The notes beneath the pieces are model-generated. The model was given only the letters and a program-made list of their open reading frames with translations, did no database searches and was not told the DNA's origin. Shown one piece after another: positions 9,305 through 19,491 of a DNA stretch of 58,132 bases. The stretch is from Candidatus Omnitrophota bacterium (GTDB lineage Bacteria > Omnitrophota > Gorgyraeia > Tantalellales > Tantalellaceae), in the NCBI GenBank assembly GCA_014728075.1, contig WJMG01000071.1:1-58132 (forward strand), in the 5' to 3' direction. Made by a program: the position numbers and the translations under genes. Each line of letters starts with the position of its first letter. Within the stretch, counting starts at the first letter, position 1.

Positions 9305-11536
9305 ATGAGGAAAAAGTATAAAATACTCATAATAGGCGCGGGTAAGGGCGGAACGGCCCTTCTCGAACTTTTCAGGGACGATGAGTCGGTAGAGATAGTG
9401 GGCGTGGCCGACCGGGACATGAACGCTCCGGGCATCAAGCTCGCCGAAACCCTGGGGATAGAGGTTTCAGACGATTATACCGGTTTTATGGGCAGAAAAG
9501 CGATCGATGAGATAATAAATGTAACGGGTTCGGACGATGTCCAGAAAGAGCTGATGGCCGATAAACCCGATGAAGTTGATGTCCTTAGCGGGCACGGGTC
9601 CGAATTCCTGTGGAGGCTTGTCGATAAACATAAGGAAGCCGAAGTTGAGTTCGAAAGGCTTAATGAAACCATGTTAAGGCTGGGAGAAGATTTCGACGAG
9701 AACATATCCATTATAACCGAATCCTGCGGTAAAGCCCTGGGAGGCGCGGCCGCTTTTTACAATAAGACCTCCGAAAAAGGTTTATGCACCGCCGCGCAAT
9801 GGCAGGCTCCTTCAGGGTACAGCACGGAGCTTTTTCCGGAAGGCCATCTCTGTTTTTCCATAATGAAAAAGGCGAAAAAGAACGAACTGACCGTTCTTAG
9901 CGACCTCGAAAAGACCGGCTACGCCGAGACCGACCCGGGTATCAGGGATTTCGGATGGAAGGCCTACGCGGGATGTCCCGTATGCTTCGAGAACGAGTGT
10001 ATCGGCAGCCTCTGCGTACTTTTCAGGGAGAGCTCCGAGCTCACGGAAAGGGAAAAACACATGCTGAGGATATTCGCCGATATAATATCCCGCGAAGAGA
10101 AGAGGGCCAAGGCCCTGGGCGACCTCAAAGACAGCGAAGAAAGGTACAGGAAGCTCGTGGAAGGCGTAGAACACCCTATATTCGTACTGGACCGCGAGGG
10201 GAGATACCATTTTATGAACGGTACCGCAAGGCACGCCCTTGGTGTTTTCAAGGGCGAATACATGGGCAGGACGATGTGGGATTTTTTCCCGAAGGAAGTA
10301 GCCGACAGGCAGATGTCTTCCGTAAGAGAGGCAATGGACACAGGGAACAGGCTGATCAGGGAAACGCAGGCGCCGGTGCAGGGCGAGGTCCGGTGGTTCC
10401 AGACGACCCTTCAGCCGCTGTCCGACGCTTCCGGAAATTGTGAAAGGGTCCTGGGGATAGCCATGGATACTACCAAAAGGAAAGCCGCGGAAGCTGCCGT
10501 GGAAAAGACAAAGAATTTTCTCGACAAGATCATAAATTCCGTAGCCGACCCTATCTTCGTCAAGGACAGGGACCACCGGTGGATAGTTCTGAACGACGCG
10601 TACTGCCGGTTCATGGGTTATCCCAGGGAAGATCTTATAGGAAGATCCGACCACGACTATTTTCCCAAGCAGGAGGCGGATGTTTTCTGGGAAAAGGACG
10701 AACTTGTCTTCAGGACAAGGGAGGAGAATATAAACGAGGAAAGATTCACCGATTCCCGGGGGGAGGTCCATACTATAATCACCAAGAAGTCATTGTATGT
10801 GGACGAAGAAGGGCGGGACATACTGGTAGGCATAATAAGGGATATCACCGCTCTGAAGGATTCCCAGGAGGAAATGCAGAAACAGGCCAAGAAGTTCAGC
10901 CTTATATTCGAGAATTCCAAGGACGCGATCCTCTGGGTGGACCCCGATTCCGGAAAGGTGATCAACTGTAACAGGGCCGCGGAAAATCTCCTCGAGAGGG
11001 GCAGGGAAGAGATCGTAGGCGAAAGCTATAAACTGTTTCATCCGACCGAAAAAGGCGACGAATACGAAAAGATCTTCAGGCGCCATGTACAACAGGGCGG
11101 CGAGTCGAGCCTGGAAGGAGAAGTCCTGACCAGTAGCGGACAGGTCAAACATGTCCTGATGAGCTCTACTACCGTTGACCTCGGCGACCAGAAGATAATG
11201 CAGGGGATATTCCACGATATTACGGCAAGAAAGAACATAGAAGCGGAAAAGGAAAGGCAGAGCAGGGCTCTCGATAAGATAAACAGGGAATTGAAATGGA
11301 AGATAGAGGAACTCGAGGCCGCCATGAGCCATATCAAGAAACTGGAGGGGCTCGTACCCATCTGCGCTAACTGCAAGAAAATGAGGTTAGAGGAAAGCGA
11401 TCCGCGGGACCCGGTTTCATGGATATCGATGGAAAAGTATATCAGCGAAAGGACGGAAGCCAGTTTTACCCACGGCCTGTGTCCGGAATGCGTGAAAAAG
11501 ATGTACGGTGACGCTATGAAGAAGAAGGGTAAATGA
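9305..11536 (+). CDS. Cytoplasmic sensor: Rossmann-like N-domain, GAF, 3x PAS, coiled coil and Cys4 (PICxxC...HGLCxxC) tail; no kinase domain
   Basis: ILIIGAGKGG at the N-terminus, a GAF-like segment (AYAGCPV...IGSLCV), three PAS/PAC units ending DTT/DIT, and C-terminal LEGLVPICANCKKMR...THGLCPEC. Confidence 0.8.
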   Translation: MRKKYKILIIGAGKGGTALLELFRDDESVEIVGVADRDMNAPGIKLAETLGIEVSDDYTGFMGRKAIDEIINVTGSDDVQKELMADKPDEVDVLSGHGSEFLWRLVDKHKEAEVEFERLNETMLRLGEDFDENISIITESCGKALGGAAAFYNKTSEKGLCTAAQWQAPSGYSTELFPEGHLCFSIMKKAKKNELTVLSDLEKTGYAETDPGIRDFGWKAYAGCPVCFENECIGSLCVLFRESSELTEREKHMLRIFADIISREEKRAKALGDLKDSEERYRKLVEGVEHPIFVLDREGRYHFMNGTARHALGVFKGEYMGRTMWDFFPKEVADRQMSSVREAMDTGNRLIRETQAPVQGEVRWFQTTLQPLSDASGNCERVLGIAMDTTKRKAAEAAVEKTKNFLDKIINSVADPIFVKDRDHRWIVLNDAYCRFMGYPREDLIGRSDHDYFPKQEADVFWEKDELVFRTREENINEERFTDSRGEVHTIITKKSLYVDEEGRDILVGIIRDITALKDSQEEMQKQAKKFSLIFENSKDAILWVDPDSGKVINCNRAAENLLERGREEIVGESYKLFHPTEKGDEYEKIFRRHVQQGGESSLEGEVLTSSGQVKHVLMSSTTVDLGDQKIMQGIFHDITARKNIEAEKERQSRALDKINRELKWKIEELEAAMSHIKKLEGLVPICANCKKMRLEESDPRDPVSWISMEKYISERTEASFTHGLCPECVKKMYGDAMKKKGK

Positions 11537-11555
11537 ACGGCGGGAACGGAACAAA

Positions 11556-13166
11556 ATGAAAAGTAACGGGAAAAGGCGCCTCTTCTCTTTTCTTTACACG
11601 GCGGGGATAGTATTGTTCCTGGTGGCCGCGGCCGGGGGGTATTTCCTGACCCTCTTTCTCCAGGGTTACGCGAAAGGCGATGTCATGGAGGGAGGTAAGG
11701 CGGCCGTTACGATAATCTCGTCACTTGCCGAGGGTGAGCTCGAGATCGCCCAGAGGGCGGTGGCGTCTATGTCAAGATCGCCTTCCATAGTTGAAATGGT
11801 CCGGTCGCAGGACCCCGCGGGCATTGAAGACGCGAGCCGGGTACTGGACAGGTACAACGCGGCCATGGGCGGTACGGTGGCCTATATAATGGATACGGAG
11901 GGGACCACCATAGCTTCTTCTAACAGGGGAGCGCCCGACAGTTTCGTGGGGAAAAATTACGCTTTCAGGCCTTATTTCAGAGAAGCCATGGAAGGCAAAT
12001 TGGGAGAATATTTCGCCCTTGGCGTAACTTCCGGAAAGAGAGGGTATTACGCCAGCTATCCGGTTTATTCTTCCCGGGAAGAGATCGGGGCAGTAGCCGT
12101 AATAAAGAAGGAACTGGATTTTCTCGAGGAGGAAATAGGCCATTACCCTTTTTGTTTCATGGTGAGCCCGGAAGGCTTGATCTTTCTTTCGAGCCGCAGG
12201 GACATGCTTTTCAAGGCTTTGTGGAAGATCGATCCGCAAGTGGAGGCCCGGCTGCTGGCTTCAAGGCAGTTCGGCAAAGGGCCTTTCCGCCCCGTTTTCC
12301 TTGAACAGCAGCTTCGTTCCGGTGACAGGGTAAAATTCAACGAAAACCTCTTTTTCGTATCAAGGGCTTTCCTGGGCCGGAGAGGCTGGTCCATAGTCAA
12401 GCTTAACCCCGCGGGGCTTGTGGTCCAGTTCCGGTACTTCGGCATTGTAAGTACGCTCCTTCTGGTCTTTCTGATAGCCGGAGGTCTTTTCTTCCTTTTC
12501 AGGATGGATACGGCTTTCCGCCTTATATCACAGAGTGAGGATAAGTTCCACCGGCTTTCGGATGCCGCTTTTGAAGGGATAATAGTCCACAAGAACGGCA
12601 GGATAATCGATACCAACAGGCAGTTCGCTGAGATGGTAGGTTACGATCCCGGTGAGATAATAGGCCGTAATGTTTTCGATTTCATAGACGGGAAGGACGA
12701 GGAGCTGCTTCTCAGGAACACCCATTCCAACTTTGAAAAAAGGTACGAAATAACCGGAAAGAGAAAGGACGGTACTTTTTTCCCGATGGAGATTTGCGGG
12801 AAAACCCTCGAATACGACGGCCAGACACTCAGGGTCGTTTCAATACAGGACATTACCGAAAGAAAAAGGTCAAGAGAGCGGCTCGCCGCCCAGAGGGAGC
12901 TTCTTGACAGGTCCAATAAAGAACTTGAGGTCAAGGTAGAAGAGCTTGAGGAAGCCCTTAGCCATATCAAGAGGCTCGAAGGACTTGTGCCTATCTGCGT
13001 GAGCTGTAAGAAAATGAGGCTGGAGGGGAACGACCCGAAAGACGAAAGGTCCTGGGTGCGTTTGGAGGAATATATATCGAGATCGACCGACGCTGATCTA
13101 ACCCACGGTCTTTGCCCCGAATGCGCTAAAAAGATGCAGGATGATATCCGTAAGATAAAGGATTAG
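11556..13166 (+). CDS. Membrane sensor: dCache (DctB-like), PAS and the same Cys4 tail; no kinase domain
   Basis: Two TM helices flank SFVGKNYAFRPYF...ALGVTSGKRGYY. One PAS follows, then LEGLVPICVSCKKMR...THGLCPEC. Confidence 0.82.
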   Translation: MKSNGKRRLFSFLYTAGIVLFLVAAAGGYFLTLFLQGYAKGDVMEGGKAAVTIISSLAEGELEIAQRAVASMSRSPSIVEMVRSQDPAGIEDASRVLDRYNAAMGGTVAYIMDTEGTTIASSNRGAPDSFVGKNYAFRPYFREAMEGKLGEYFALGVTSGKRGYYASYPVYSSREEIGAVAVIKKELDFLEEEIGHYPFCFMVSPEGLIFLSSRRDMLFKALWKIDPQVEARLLASRQFGKGPFRPVFLEQQLRSGDRVKFNENLFFVSRAFLGRRGWSIVKLNPAGLVVQFRYFGIVSTLLLVFLIAGGLFFLFRMDTAFRLISQSEDKFHRLSDAAFEGIIVHKNGRIIDTNRQFAEMVGYDPGEIIGRNVFDFIDGKDEELLLRNTHSNFEKRYEITGKRKDGTFFPMEICGKTLEYDGQTLRVVSIQDITERKRSRERLAAQRELLDRSNKELEVKVEELEEALSHIKRLEGLVPICVSCKKMRLEGNDPKDERSWVRLEEYISRSTDADLTHGLCPECAKKMQDDIRKIKD

Positions 13167-13174
13167 GCGCCATT

Positions 13175-13540
13175 ATGAGGAAAATATCGGGAATCTGTGC
13201 GGTTATTCTGTTGTTTGCTTCCTTTTCTCTGTTTGTTTCGGCTGACGAAGAGGACGGTGTTCAGATGTATCCCGGAGGGGATTACGGGATCGACCTCGGA
13301 GGAGGATATGAAATGATGCCCGACGGGGAGCTGCTTGCTCCATCCGGGTTCAGGGAAGATTATCAAAATACCAGGTACGGGCCTCTGGCCGGCGAAGGGT
13401 TCGTTGTCTTCCCGGATTTCAGGTTCATTTCCGATAAGAGCAAAAAAAAGGAGAAAGAAGAACCGGCCGAAGAATATATTTTCCATCCCGCTACGACCGA
13501 GACTTCCGGCAGCCTTCTGTGGGGTGTTTCCGGTCCCTGA
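13175..13540 (+). CDS. Hypothetical exported protein
   Basis: Signal-peptide-like N-terminus and an acidic, Gly-rich mature part. Co-oriented with its neighbours. Confidence 0.5.
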   Translation: MRKISGICAVILLFASFSLFVSADEEDGVQMYPGGDYGIDLGGGYEMMPDGELLAPSGFREDYQNTRYGPLAGEGFVVFPDFRFISDKSKKKEKEEPAEEYIFHPATTETSGSLLWGVSGP

Positions 13541-13584
13541 AGCGCCCGTAATGTTATACATTTTCCCGAAAAAGCCCTTTGCCC

Positions 13585-13612
13585 TTGATTTTTTCACATA
13601 ATTAAATATACT
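13585..13612 (+). promoter_or_regulatory. Putative sigma70 promoter of the polysaccharide locus
   Basis: TTGATT, 16 bp spacer, TATACT in an AT-rich gap before the WecA-like gene. Confidence 0.45.
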
Positions 13613-13693
13613 TAATACAAAGAATTTAATATTTTAATATTATCTCAAAGTATCCCGGAAGATCCTCAGGAGAAAGGCGCTGATCTCGAACAC

Positions 13694-14758
13694 ATGTTGC
13701 AATTATTGTTATCCTCGTTTTTACTTTCTATTGTTTTTACCTTTTCGGCTATTTATGTAGCGAAAAAAAAGGCAATACTTGATCGCCCATCCGAAAGGAA
13801 AATACACGAAAAACCTGTTCCGCTGCTCGGGGGGGTTGCCGTTTTTTCGGCTTTCGCCGCGGCCCTTCTGTTGAATTTCAGGTTCTCCGCCGAGCTGAAG
13901 GGAGTATGCATAGCTTCGTTCTTTATCATGGTCTCGGGCCTTTTAGATGACTTGAAAGACACCTCGGCTTCGTTCAGGCTGCTGGTGCAGGTACTTTGCG
14001 CCCTTGTCGTAGTGAAGTCGGGTGTTTTCCTCAGGATCATACCGGCGGATATCCCTTTTCAGTACCTGATTGAGGTTATAGTGACCGTTGTCTGGATAGT
14101 CGGGATAACCAACGCCGTGAACTTCATGGACGGAGCGGACGGTCTGGCCGCGGGCATGGCCTGTATCGTGTCGGCTACCTTTTTCGGCATAGCTTATTTC
14201 ACCGGGCAGGTCTATTTTTCTTTCATCAACCTCGCTCTATTGGGGGCATGTCTCGGATTCCTGGTATTCAACAAAAGGCCGGCGAGAATATTCCTGGGTG
14301 ACGCGGGAAGCAGTTTTCTGGGCTTCAGCCTCGGGGTTTTCGCCGTAATGGGTGAATGGGCGGAAAATAAGCCCATAGTCGCTTTAAGTATACCGCTTAT
14401 AGTGCTTGCTATCCCCATCTTCGATGTCATTTACATAACGGTCGCGAGGATAGGCCGGGGGAAGGTAAAAACTTTCAGGCAGTGGATAGAATATGTGGGA
14501 AAGGACCATCTGCATCACCGTCTCATGTCGCTGGGGTTCAGCCAGGGGCAGACGGTCTTTTTTATATTAAGCCTTAACGCCGCTCTCGCGCTGGGAGCGC
14601 TGGTGCTCAAAGGCGCATCGACTTATCAGGCGGTCTTGCTTCTTTTGCAGTGCGCCTCTTTTCTTCTCATCGTGACCGTGCTCATGCTTGCCGGAAGGAA
14701 TATGGGGGAAAAGAACGGTGTTAACGCGAGCCCTTCCGAAAGGGCGCCGGGAGAGTGA
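13694..14758 (+). CDS. WecA/TagO-like polyprenyl-phosphate HexNAc-1-phosphate transferase (MraY family)
   Basis: RKIHEKPVPLLGG, GLLDD, NAVNFMDGADGLA, IFLGDAGS and HLHHRL motifs. Confidence 0.93.
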   Translation: MLQLLLSSFLLSIVFTFSAIYVAKKKAILDRPSERKIHEKPVPLLGGVAVFSAFAAALLLNFRFSAELKGVCIASFFIMVSGLLDDLKDTSASFRLLVQVLCALVVVKSGVFLRIIPADIPFQYLIEVIVTVVWIVGITNAVNFMDGADGLAAGMACIVSATFFGIAYFTGQVYFSFINLALLGACLGFLVFNKRPARIFLGDAGSSFLGFSLGVFAVMGEWAENKPIVALSIPLIVLAIPIFDVIYITVARIGRGKVKTFRQWIEYVGKDHLHHRLMSLGFSQGQTVFFILSLNAALALGALVLKGASTYQAVLLLLQCASFLLIVTVLMLAGRNMGEKNGVNASPSERAPGE

Positions 14759-14759
14759 G

Positions 14760-15572
14760 ATGGAATTTCTGGGGTACTGGTCGCTTAGCGAAAAACCATT
14801 CGAGAATACATGCGACCCTAAATTCTTTTATTATTCGCCTTTTCACAAGGAAGCGCTCGTCAGGCTTATATATGTGATAAAACAGAACAAGGCCGGGGCG
14901 CTCCTTGCCGGCGACTACGGCACGGGAAAGACAACTATAGCCAACGAGCTTCTCTGCGAGATAGAAGAGAACGAGGATTACCGGAGCGCTTACATAAGCA
15001 ACCCCCTGTTGACTTCCAGGGAGCTGCTCCAGGAGATCAACTTTCAGCTCGGGGGAGGCGACAGCAGGGGCACGAAATTGAAGTTAAGGCGTTCAATAGA
15101 GGACAGGTTCAGAAAGATAGCGGATGAGGGCAACCACCCCATAGTCATCGTCGACGAGGCGCATCTGATAACCCGACGGGATGTGCTGGAGGAACTGAGG
15201 CTGATGATGAACCTTTATTACAAAAACAGCTTTCTGACCAGTATAATCATGATGGGACAGCTGGAGCTCAGGGACATAATAAACGAGATGCCCCAGTTCA
15301 AACAGAGGTTCGCCATGTACTACACCCTCAGGACCCTTGACAGGGAAGAGACGGCGCGTTACATTTCGCACAGGATGCAGGTCGCCGGGGTTTCCCGTTA
15401 TGTGTTTTCGGACGAGGCTCTGGAGCTGATCTTCGAGGCCTCGAGCGGGCGCCCCCGCCAGATAAACAACATATGCGATATGTCGCTGCTGGTAGGGTAC
15501 ATGAAGAACGCCGAACATATAGACGGTAATACGATCAGAGAGGTCGTGAAAGACCTGGGAGAGGAAGTGTGA
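14760..15572 (+). CDS. ExeA/GspA-family AAA ATPase
   Basis: EKPF...DPKFFY, Walker A GDYGTGKTT, Walker B IVIVDEAH, MGQLEL and GRPRQINNICD motifs. Confidence 0.9.
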   Translation: MEFLGYWSLSEKPFENTCDPKFFYYSPFHKEALVRLIYVIKQNKAGALLAGDYGTGKTTIANELLCEIEENEDYRSAYISNPLLTSRELLQEINFQLGGGDSRGTKLKLRRSIEDRFRKIADEGNHPIVIVDEAHLITRRDVLEELRLMMNLYYKNSFLTSIIMMGQLELRDIINEMPQFKQRFAMYYTLRTLDREETARYISHRMQVAGVSRYVFSDEALELIFEASSGRPRQINNICDMSLLVGYMKNAEHIDGNTIREVVKDLGEEV

Positions 15573-16627
15573 TGCTGGAATTCCACAAAGGCTTCGAGGG
15601 CGAGGAGAAACTCGGCGCGCAGGCCGGTAAGGGAAAAGACAAGGGCCGGGAAATATCCGACCTGTCCCTTTCGCCTTATGTCGACGACGCCGTTAGGGGC
15701 AAACCGGTATCCGACCCCGAAAAGGCGCAGGGTCTTTACGACGGGATACTGGCCTATGTCCGGGAGGTCTTTGACAAGGTCCTCGAAGGCAAAGAGGGGG
15801 AGATCGACCACGAGGGCCTGCTGAAAAGAACGGATGAGTATACCGAAAAATTCATGAACATGCCGTCCCCCAGCGACCTTGTTTATCTCGCTTTCAGAAA
15901 CGGAGATTACAGGGACAACTACATTTACACACATTCCGTCAATGTCTGCCTTTTGTGCGTCCGTCTGGCTCTGGGGCTTCACTATTCAAGGGTCAGGATG
16001 GCGGAACTGGTAACGGCGGCGCTCTTCCACGACATCGGGATGATGAAAATACCGGTCCACGACTGGAACAAGGACAGCGAATTAGGCCCTTCCGCTTTTC
16101 AGAAGGTCACCGAGCATCCTCTTCTGGGTGAGGAGATCCTTAAAGAGGTCAAGGGTATGCCCGAGGTAGTGCCGGTGATAGTGGCCCAGCATCAGGAGAA
16201 ACTGGACGGTACGGGTTACCCGAAAGGGCTGCAGAAAGAAGAGATCCATTACATGGCGCGCCTTCTGGGGATAGTTAACAGGTACGAGGCGGAGACCCAC
16301 GATCGGCTCTGGAGAAAAAAGACCCTTCCCGACGCCGCCGTACAGGACATCCTCGACGAGGAAGGGGGGGCTTACGACCAGCACTTCCTAAAAGCTATTT
16401 TGAGGCATATCTCTATATTCCCCGTCGGGAGCTGGGTCCAGATAAGTTCGGGAGAGATAGGTAATGTTATAAAGGTCAACGAAGATACCCCCATGCGCCC
16501 GGTGATAAATGTCGTGTTTTCAAGGGACAGGAAAAAGCTTGAGGACCATCGTGTCCTGGACCTTTCCAAACAGCTTTTGATACATGTGGAGCGTTGTGTC
16601 GACGAGGACACTCTGGAAGGGGTCTGA
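15569..16627 (+). CDS. HD-GYP domain protein, probably degenerate
   Basis: THSVNV, FHDIG, EHP and DGTGYPKGL are present. HHE is replaced by HQE, and the D...RPYR region reads NRYEAETHDRLWR. Confidence 0.85.
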   Translation: MMLEFHKGFEGEEKLGAQAGKGKDKGREISDLSLSPYVDDAVRGKPVSDPEKAQGLYDGILAYVREVFDKVLEGKEGEIDHEGLLKRTDEYTEKFMNMPSPSDLVYLAFRNGDYRDNYIYTHSVNVCLLCVRLALGLHYSRVRMAELVTAALFHDIGMMKIPVHDWNKDSELGPSAFQKVTEHPLLGEEILKEVKGMPEVVPVIVAQHQEKLDGTGYPKGLQKEEIHYMARLLGIVNRYEAETHDRLWRKKTLPDAAVQDILDEEGGAYDQHFLKAILRHISIFPVGSWVQISSGEIGNVIKVNEDTPMRPVINVVFSRDRKKLEDHRVLDLSKQLLIHVERCVDEDTLEGV

Positions 16628-16655
16628 CAGGCTAAACACATCAAGAGGTGAAAAA

Positions 16656-17435
16656 ATGTCCAACACATCCTGCGCGAAGAAGTTGATAGCCGTAATTCTC
16701 GTGTTCGCGGCCGCCGTTCAACTTTCCGGCTGCATGAGGTTCAAAGCCCCCAGGGCCAGGCTCGACAGGGATGTCTATTCTCCGAAACAGGCCATAAAAG
16801 AAGGAGGGCAGTACCTGATCGGGCCCCGTGACGAACTTCAGGTCTCCGTATGGCGCTGCCCGGAACTGGAAAGGGTGGTCGTAGTAAGGCCGGAAGACGG
16901 GAAGGTGTCTTTACCTCTCATCGGCGATGTGATGGCCAGGGGAAGGACCCCTAAGGAACTCGCCGAGGCTATAAGCGGAAAGATGGCCTATTATGTCAAG
17001 GAACCCAGGATCGCCGTGGGTGTCAAAAAAATGGGCGAGAAAAAAGTTTTCATAATGGGGCAGGTCCTTTCCCAGGGCTCTTACAGACTGGAAAGGAACG
17101 ACAGGATAATTGACCTGGTTACGCGGGCGGGCGGGTTTACCGATAACGCGGTCCCGTCCTGCATACATATCGTAAGAGGGGACTACGATGATCCCAAAAT
17201 AGTCAGAGCTAACCTCGACAGGCTGATACACAGGGCCGACATATCACAGAATGTCTATCTGATGGAGGGCGATATCGTTTATGTTCCGGAGACCGAGATC
17301 GAGAACCTCAACTACGCGCTCAGGAAGGTCTTCCCGTCCCTGTTCTTCGCCGAGAAACTCGCGGACCTTAAACAGAATATCATGAGCGGAGGATACGACT
17401 GGCACGAGGTCTGGAACAAGGTCGGGAAAAACTGA
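16656..17435 (+). CDS. wza: Polysaccharide export lipoprotein (Wza/SLBB)
   Basis: Lipobox LSGC, YLIGPRDELQVSVW, VRPEDGKVSLPLIG, AGGF and GDIVYVP motifs. Confidence 0.88.
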   Translation: MSNTSCAKKLIAVILVFAAAVQLSGCMRFKAPRARLDRDVYSPKQAIKEGGQYLIGPRDELQVSVWRCPELERVVVVRPEDGKVSLPLIGDVMARGRTPKELAEAISGKMAYYVKEPRIAVGVKKMGEKKVFIMGQVLSQGSYRLERNDRIIDLVTRAGGFTDNAVPSCIHIVRGDYDDPKIVRANLDRLIHRADISQNVYLMEGDIVYVPETEIENLNYALRKVFPSLFFAEKLADLKQNIMSGGYDWHEVWNKVGKN

Positions 17436-17464
17436 AGAGCCGTCGCAAAATATAAGGATCTGAC

Positions 17465-19456
17465 ATGGCCGAATACGAATTGAATTTGTGGGATTACTGG
17501 CGCATAGTATACAAGAGAAAGTGGATAATTATCACCATCTTTCTGGCTTCTCTTCTTAGTTCCTATCTTTTCGTCGAAAAGGTCGATCCCATATACAGGT
17601 CTACAGTGACCCTGTACATAAACACTACCCGGACACCGGTAGCCGAGATCACAGGTTCGGGCGTTACCTTCTGGGGAGGGGGCTCGCAGAGCATTTCCAC
17701 CCAGCTTGAACTGATAAAGAGCTTTAAGGTCCTTAAAAGGGTCGCCGAAAGGCTGGGTATGGTGACCGGGGACAGTTCCGACGGAGAGATCCAGCGGGCT
17801 GTGAGCTCCCTGAAAGGCAGGATAACCGTAAGCAGGGACGACCAGGCAACGGAGCTTTTCGACATAAGCGCCATAAGCGAGAAACCCGGGAAGGCGAAAG
17901 AGATAGCCGATGTTACCGCCAGGGTGTTCATCGAGAAAAGGTGGGAAGATAAAATAAGGGAGGCCCGGAATACCAAGGAGTTCATACAGGAACAGCTGAG
18001 GAAGCTGGATGCGAGGACCACGGAGATCAGACAGAAACTGGCCGCCGTGGGAGTGGAACCGGCCGATCCTTCCGTGCCGGGCATTGAAGTGGACCTTCTC
18101 GCGCGGCTAGAGCACCTCAAACTTGAGTTGAGGAACCTGCAAACCAGATTTACCGAGAACTATCCGGGCATCATCGCTTTAAAGGAACAGATCAAAGCGG
18201 TCCGTGAACAGATAGGTTACACGCCGGGGGAAACGGAGCAGAAGGAGGAAACGGCTTCCGGGGATGTCCGTAAAGGCATCATAGACGCGGAAAGGCTTTC
18301 CAACGAGCTTGAGATCAATAAAAAGCTCTACGCTTTGCTCAAGGAAAGGTACGAAAGGGCCCTTATACTGGAGGCATCAAAATCCAGCGATGTCGAGATA
18401 GTCAATCCGGCCGTCGAGGCCTCTTCCGCTTTCACCGGGCAGGGTAAGGCCAATTTTTACATGGCGGGTGTCATAGGCCTGATCCTTGGGCTTGTGGCCG
18501 CGTTTGTCGCGGAAAGCCTCGATACATCCATAGGTACCATCGAGGATGTGGAAGAATATCTGAGGATCCCCGTTCTGGGCGTGATCCCCCAGATAGACAT
18601 TGATAAGAAGGAAGAAAGGGATTTCTGGAAAAGACCGCCGTCCCGGGAACACCGCAAGGAGTACGATGACATGGTCGCCCGCCTGGTGACCCAGCTGAAA
18701 CCTAAATCTCCCGTGGCGGAGGCTTACAGGAACCTGCAGACATACATAAAATTCTCGGGGCTTGACAAAGTAGGCAACTGCCTTATGATCACGAGCGCGA
18801 GCAGCAAAGAGGGAAAAACGATCACCTCCCTGAATTCGGCCCTTTCAATGGCCCAGATGGGATATAAGGTCCTGCTCATCGACGCCGACCTGAGAAAGCC
18901 GTCCATCCATAAGATCTTCGGCATCGAAAGGGAGGTCGGCCTGACCGAGGCGGTCCTGGGTACCTTCAAGGTCGATGATGTCGTGAAGACCATGGACGAT
19001 ATCATGCTGGGCAACCTCAGATCCAGCATGATCATGAAAACCTACGGCATGGAAAACCTGAATATAATCACTTCCGGGCATCTTCCCACTAATTCGACCG
19101 AGATCCTGGGGTCGCAGAACATGTCTGAGTTCATAAAAGAAGTGAAAAGCAAGTTCCAGGTAGTGTTGTTCGATACCGCTCCGGTGCTACCGGTAACCGA
19201 TCCCTGTGTCCTCGGTTCAAAAGTCGACGGCGTGGTCATAGTATATAAGTCCGGCCGTATCTCACGGAGCGCCCTCAAGAGAAGCAAACTCCAGATCGAG
19301 AACGCCAAAGGCCGCCCTATAGGTGTTGTCCTGAACAGTATGCGGGCTTCGGATATGAAGTTCGGTTCTCCCTTTTACTATTATTACCAGAAATACTACG
19401 GGGAAGAGGAACAGGGTAATAAGGGGCCTTCTTCCGGCAGAACGGCGGTTTCTTGA
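17465..19456 (+). CDS. wzc: Polysaccharide co-polymerase / tyrosine autokinase
   Basis: Wzz-type N-terminus, AEAYRNL, ITSASSKEGKT, LLIDADLRKP, FDTAP and a C-terminal Tyr cluster FYYYYQKYY. Confidence 0.93.
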   Translation: MAEYELNLWDYWRIVYKRKWIIITIFLASLLSSYLFVEKVDPIYRSTVTLYINTTRTPVAEITGSGVTFWGGGSQSISTQLELIKSFKVLKRVAERLGMVTGDSSDGEIQRAVSSLKGRITVSRDDQATELFDISAISEKPGKAKEIADVTARVFIEKRWEDKIREARNTKEFIQEQLRKLDARTTEIRQKLAAVGVEPADPSVPGIEVDLLARLEHLKLELRNLQTRFTENYPGIIALKEQIKAVREQIGYTPGETEQKEETASGDVRKGIIDAERLSNELEINKKLYALLKERYERALILEASKSSDVEIVNPAVEASSAFTGQGKANFYMAGVIGLILGLVAAFVAESLDTSIGTIEDVEEYLRIPVLGVIPQIDIDKKEERDFWKRPPSREHRKEYDDMVARLVTQLKPKSPVAEAYRNLQTYIKFSGLDKVGNCLMITSASSKEGKTITSLNSALSMAQMGYKVLLIDADLRKPSIHKIFGIEREVGLTEAVLGTFKVDDVVKTMDDIMLGNLRSSMIMKTYGMENLNIITSGHLPTNSTEILGSQNMSEFIKEVKSKFQVVLFDTAPVLPVTDPCVLGSKVDGVVIVYKSGRISRSALKRSKLQIENAKGRPIGVVLNSMRASDMKFGSPFYYYYQKYYGEEEQGNKGPSSGRTAVS

Positions 19457-19491
19457 GCGGATAGTTTTGCGGGAAAATCTAGGAGGCCGTT

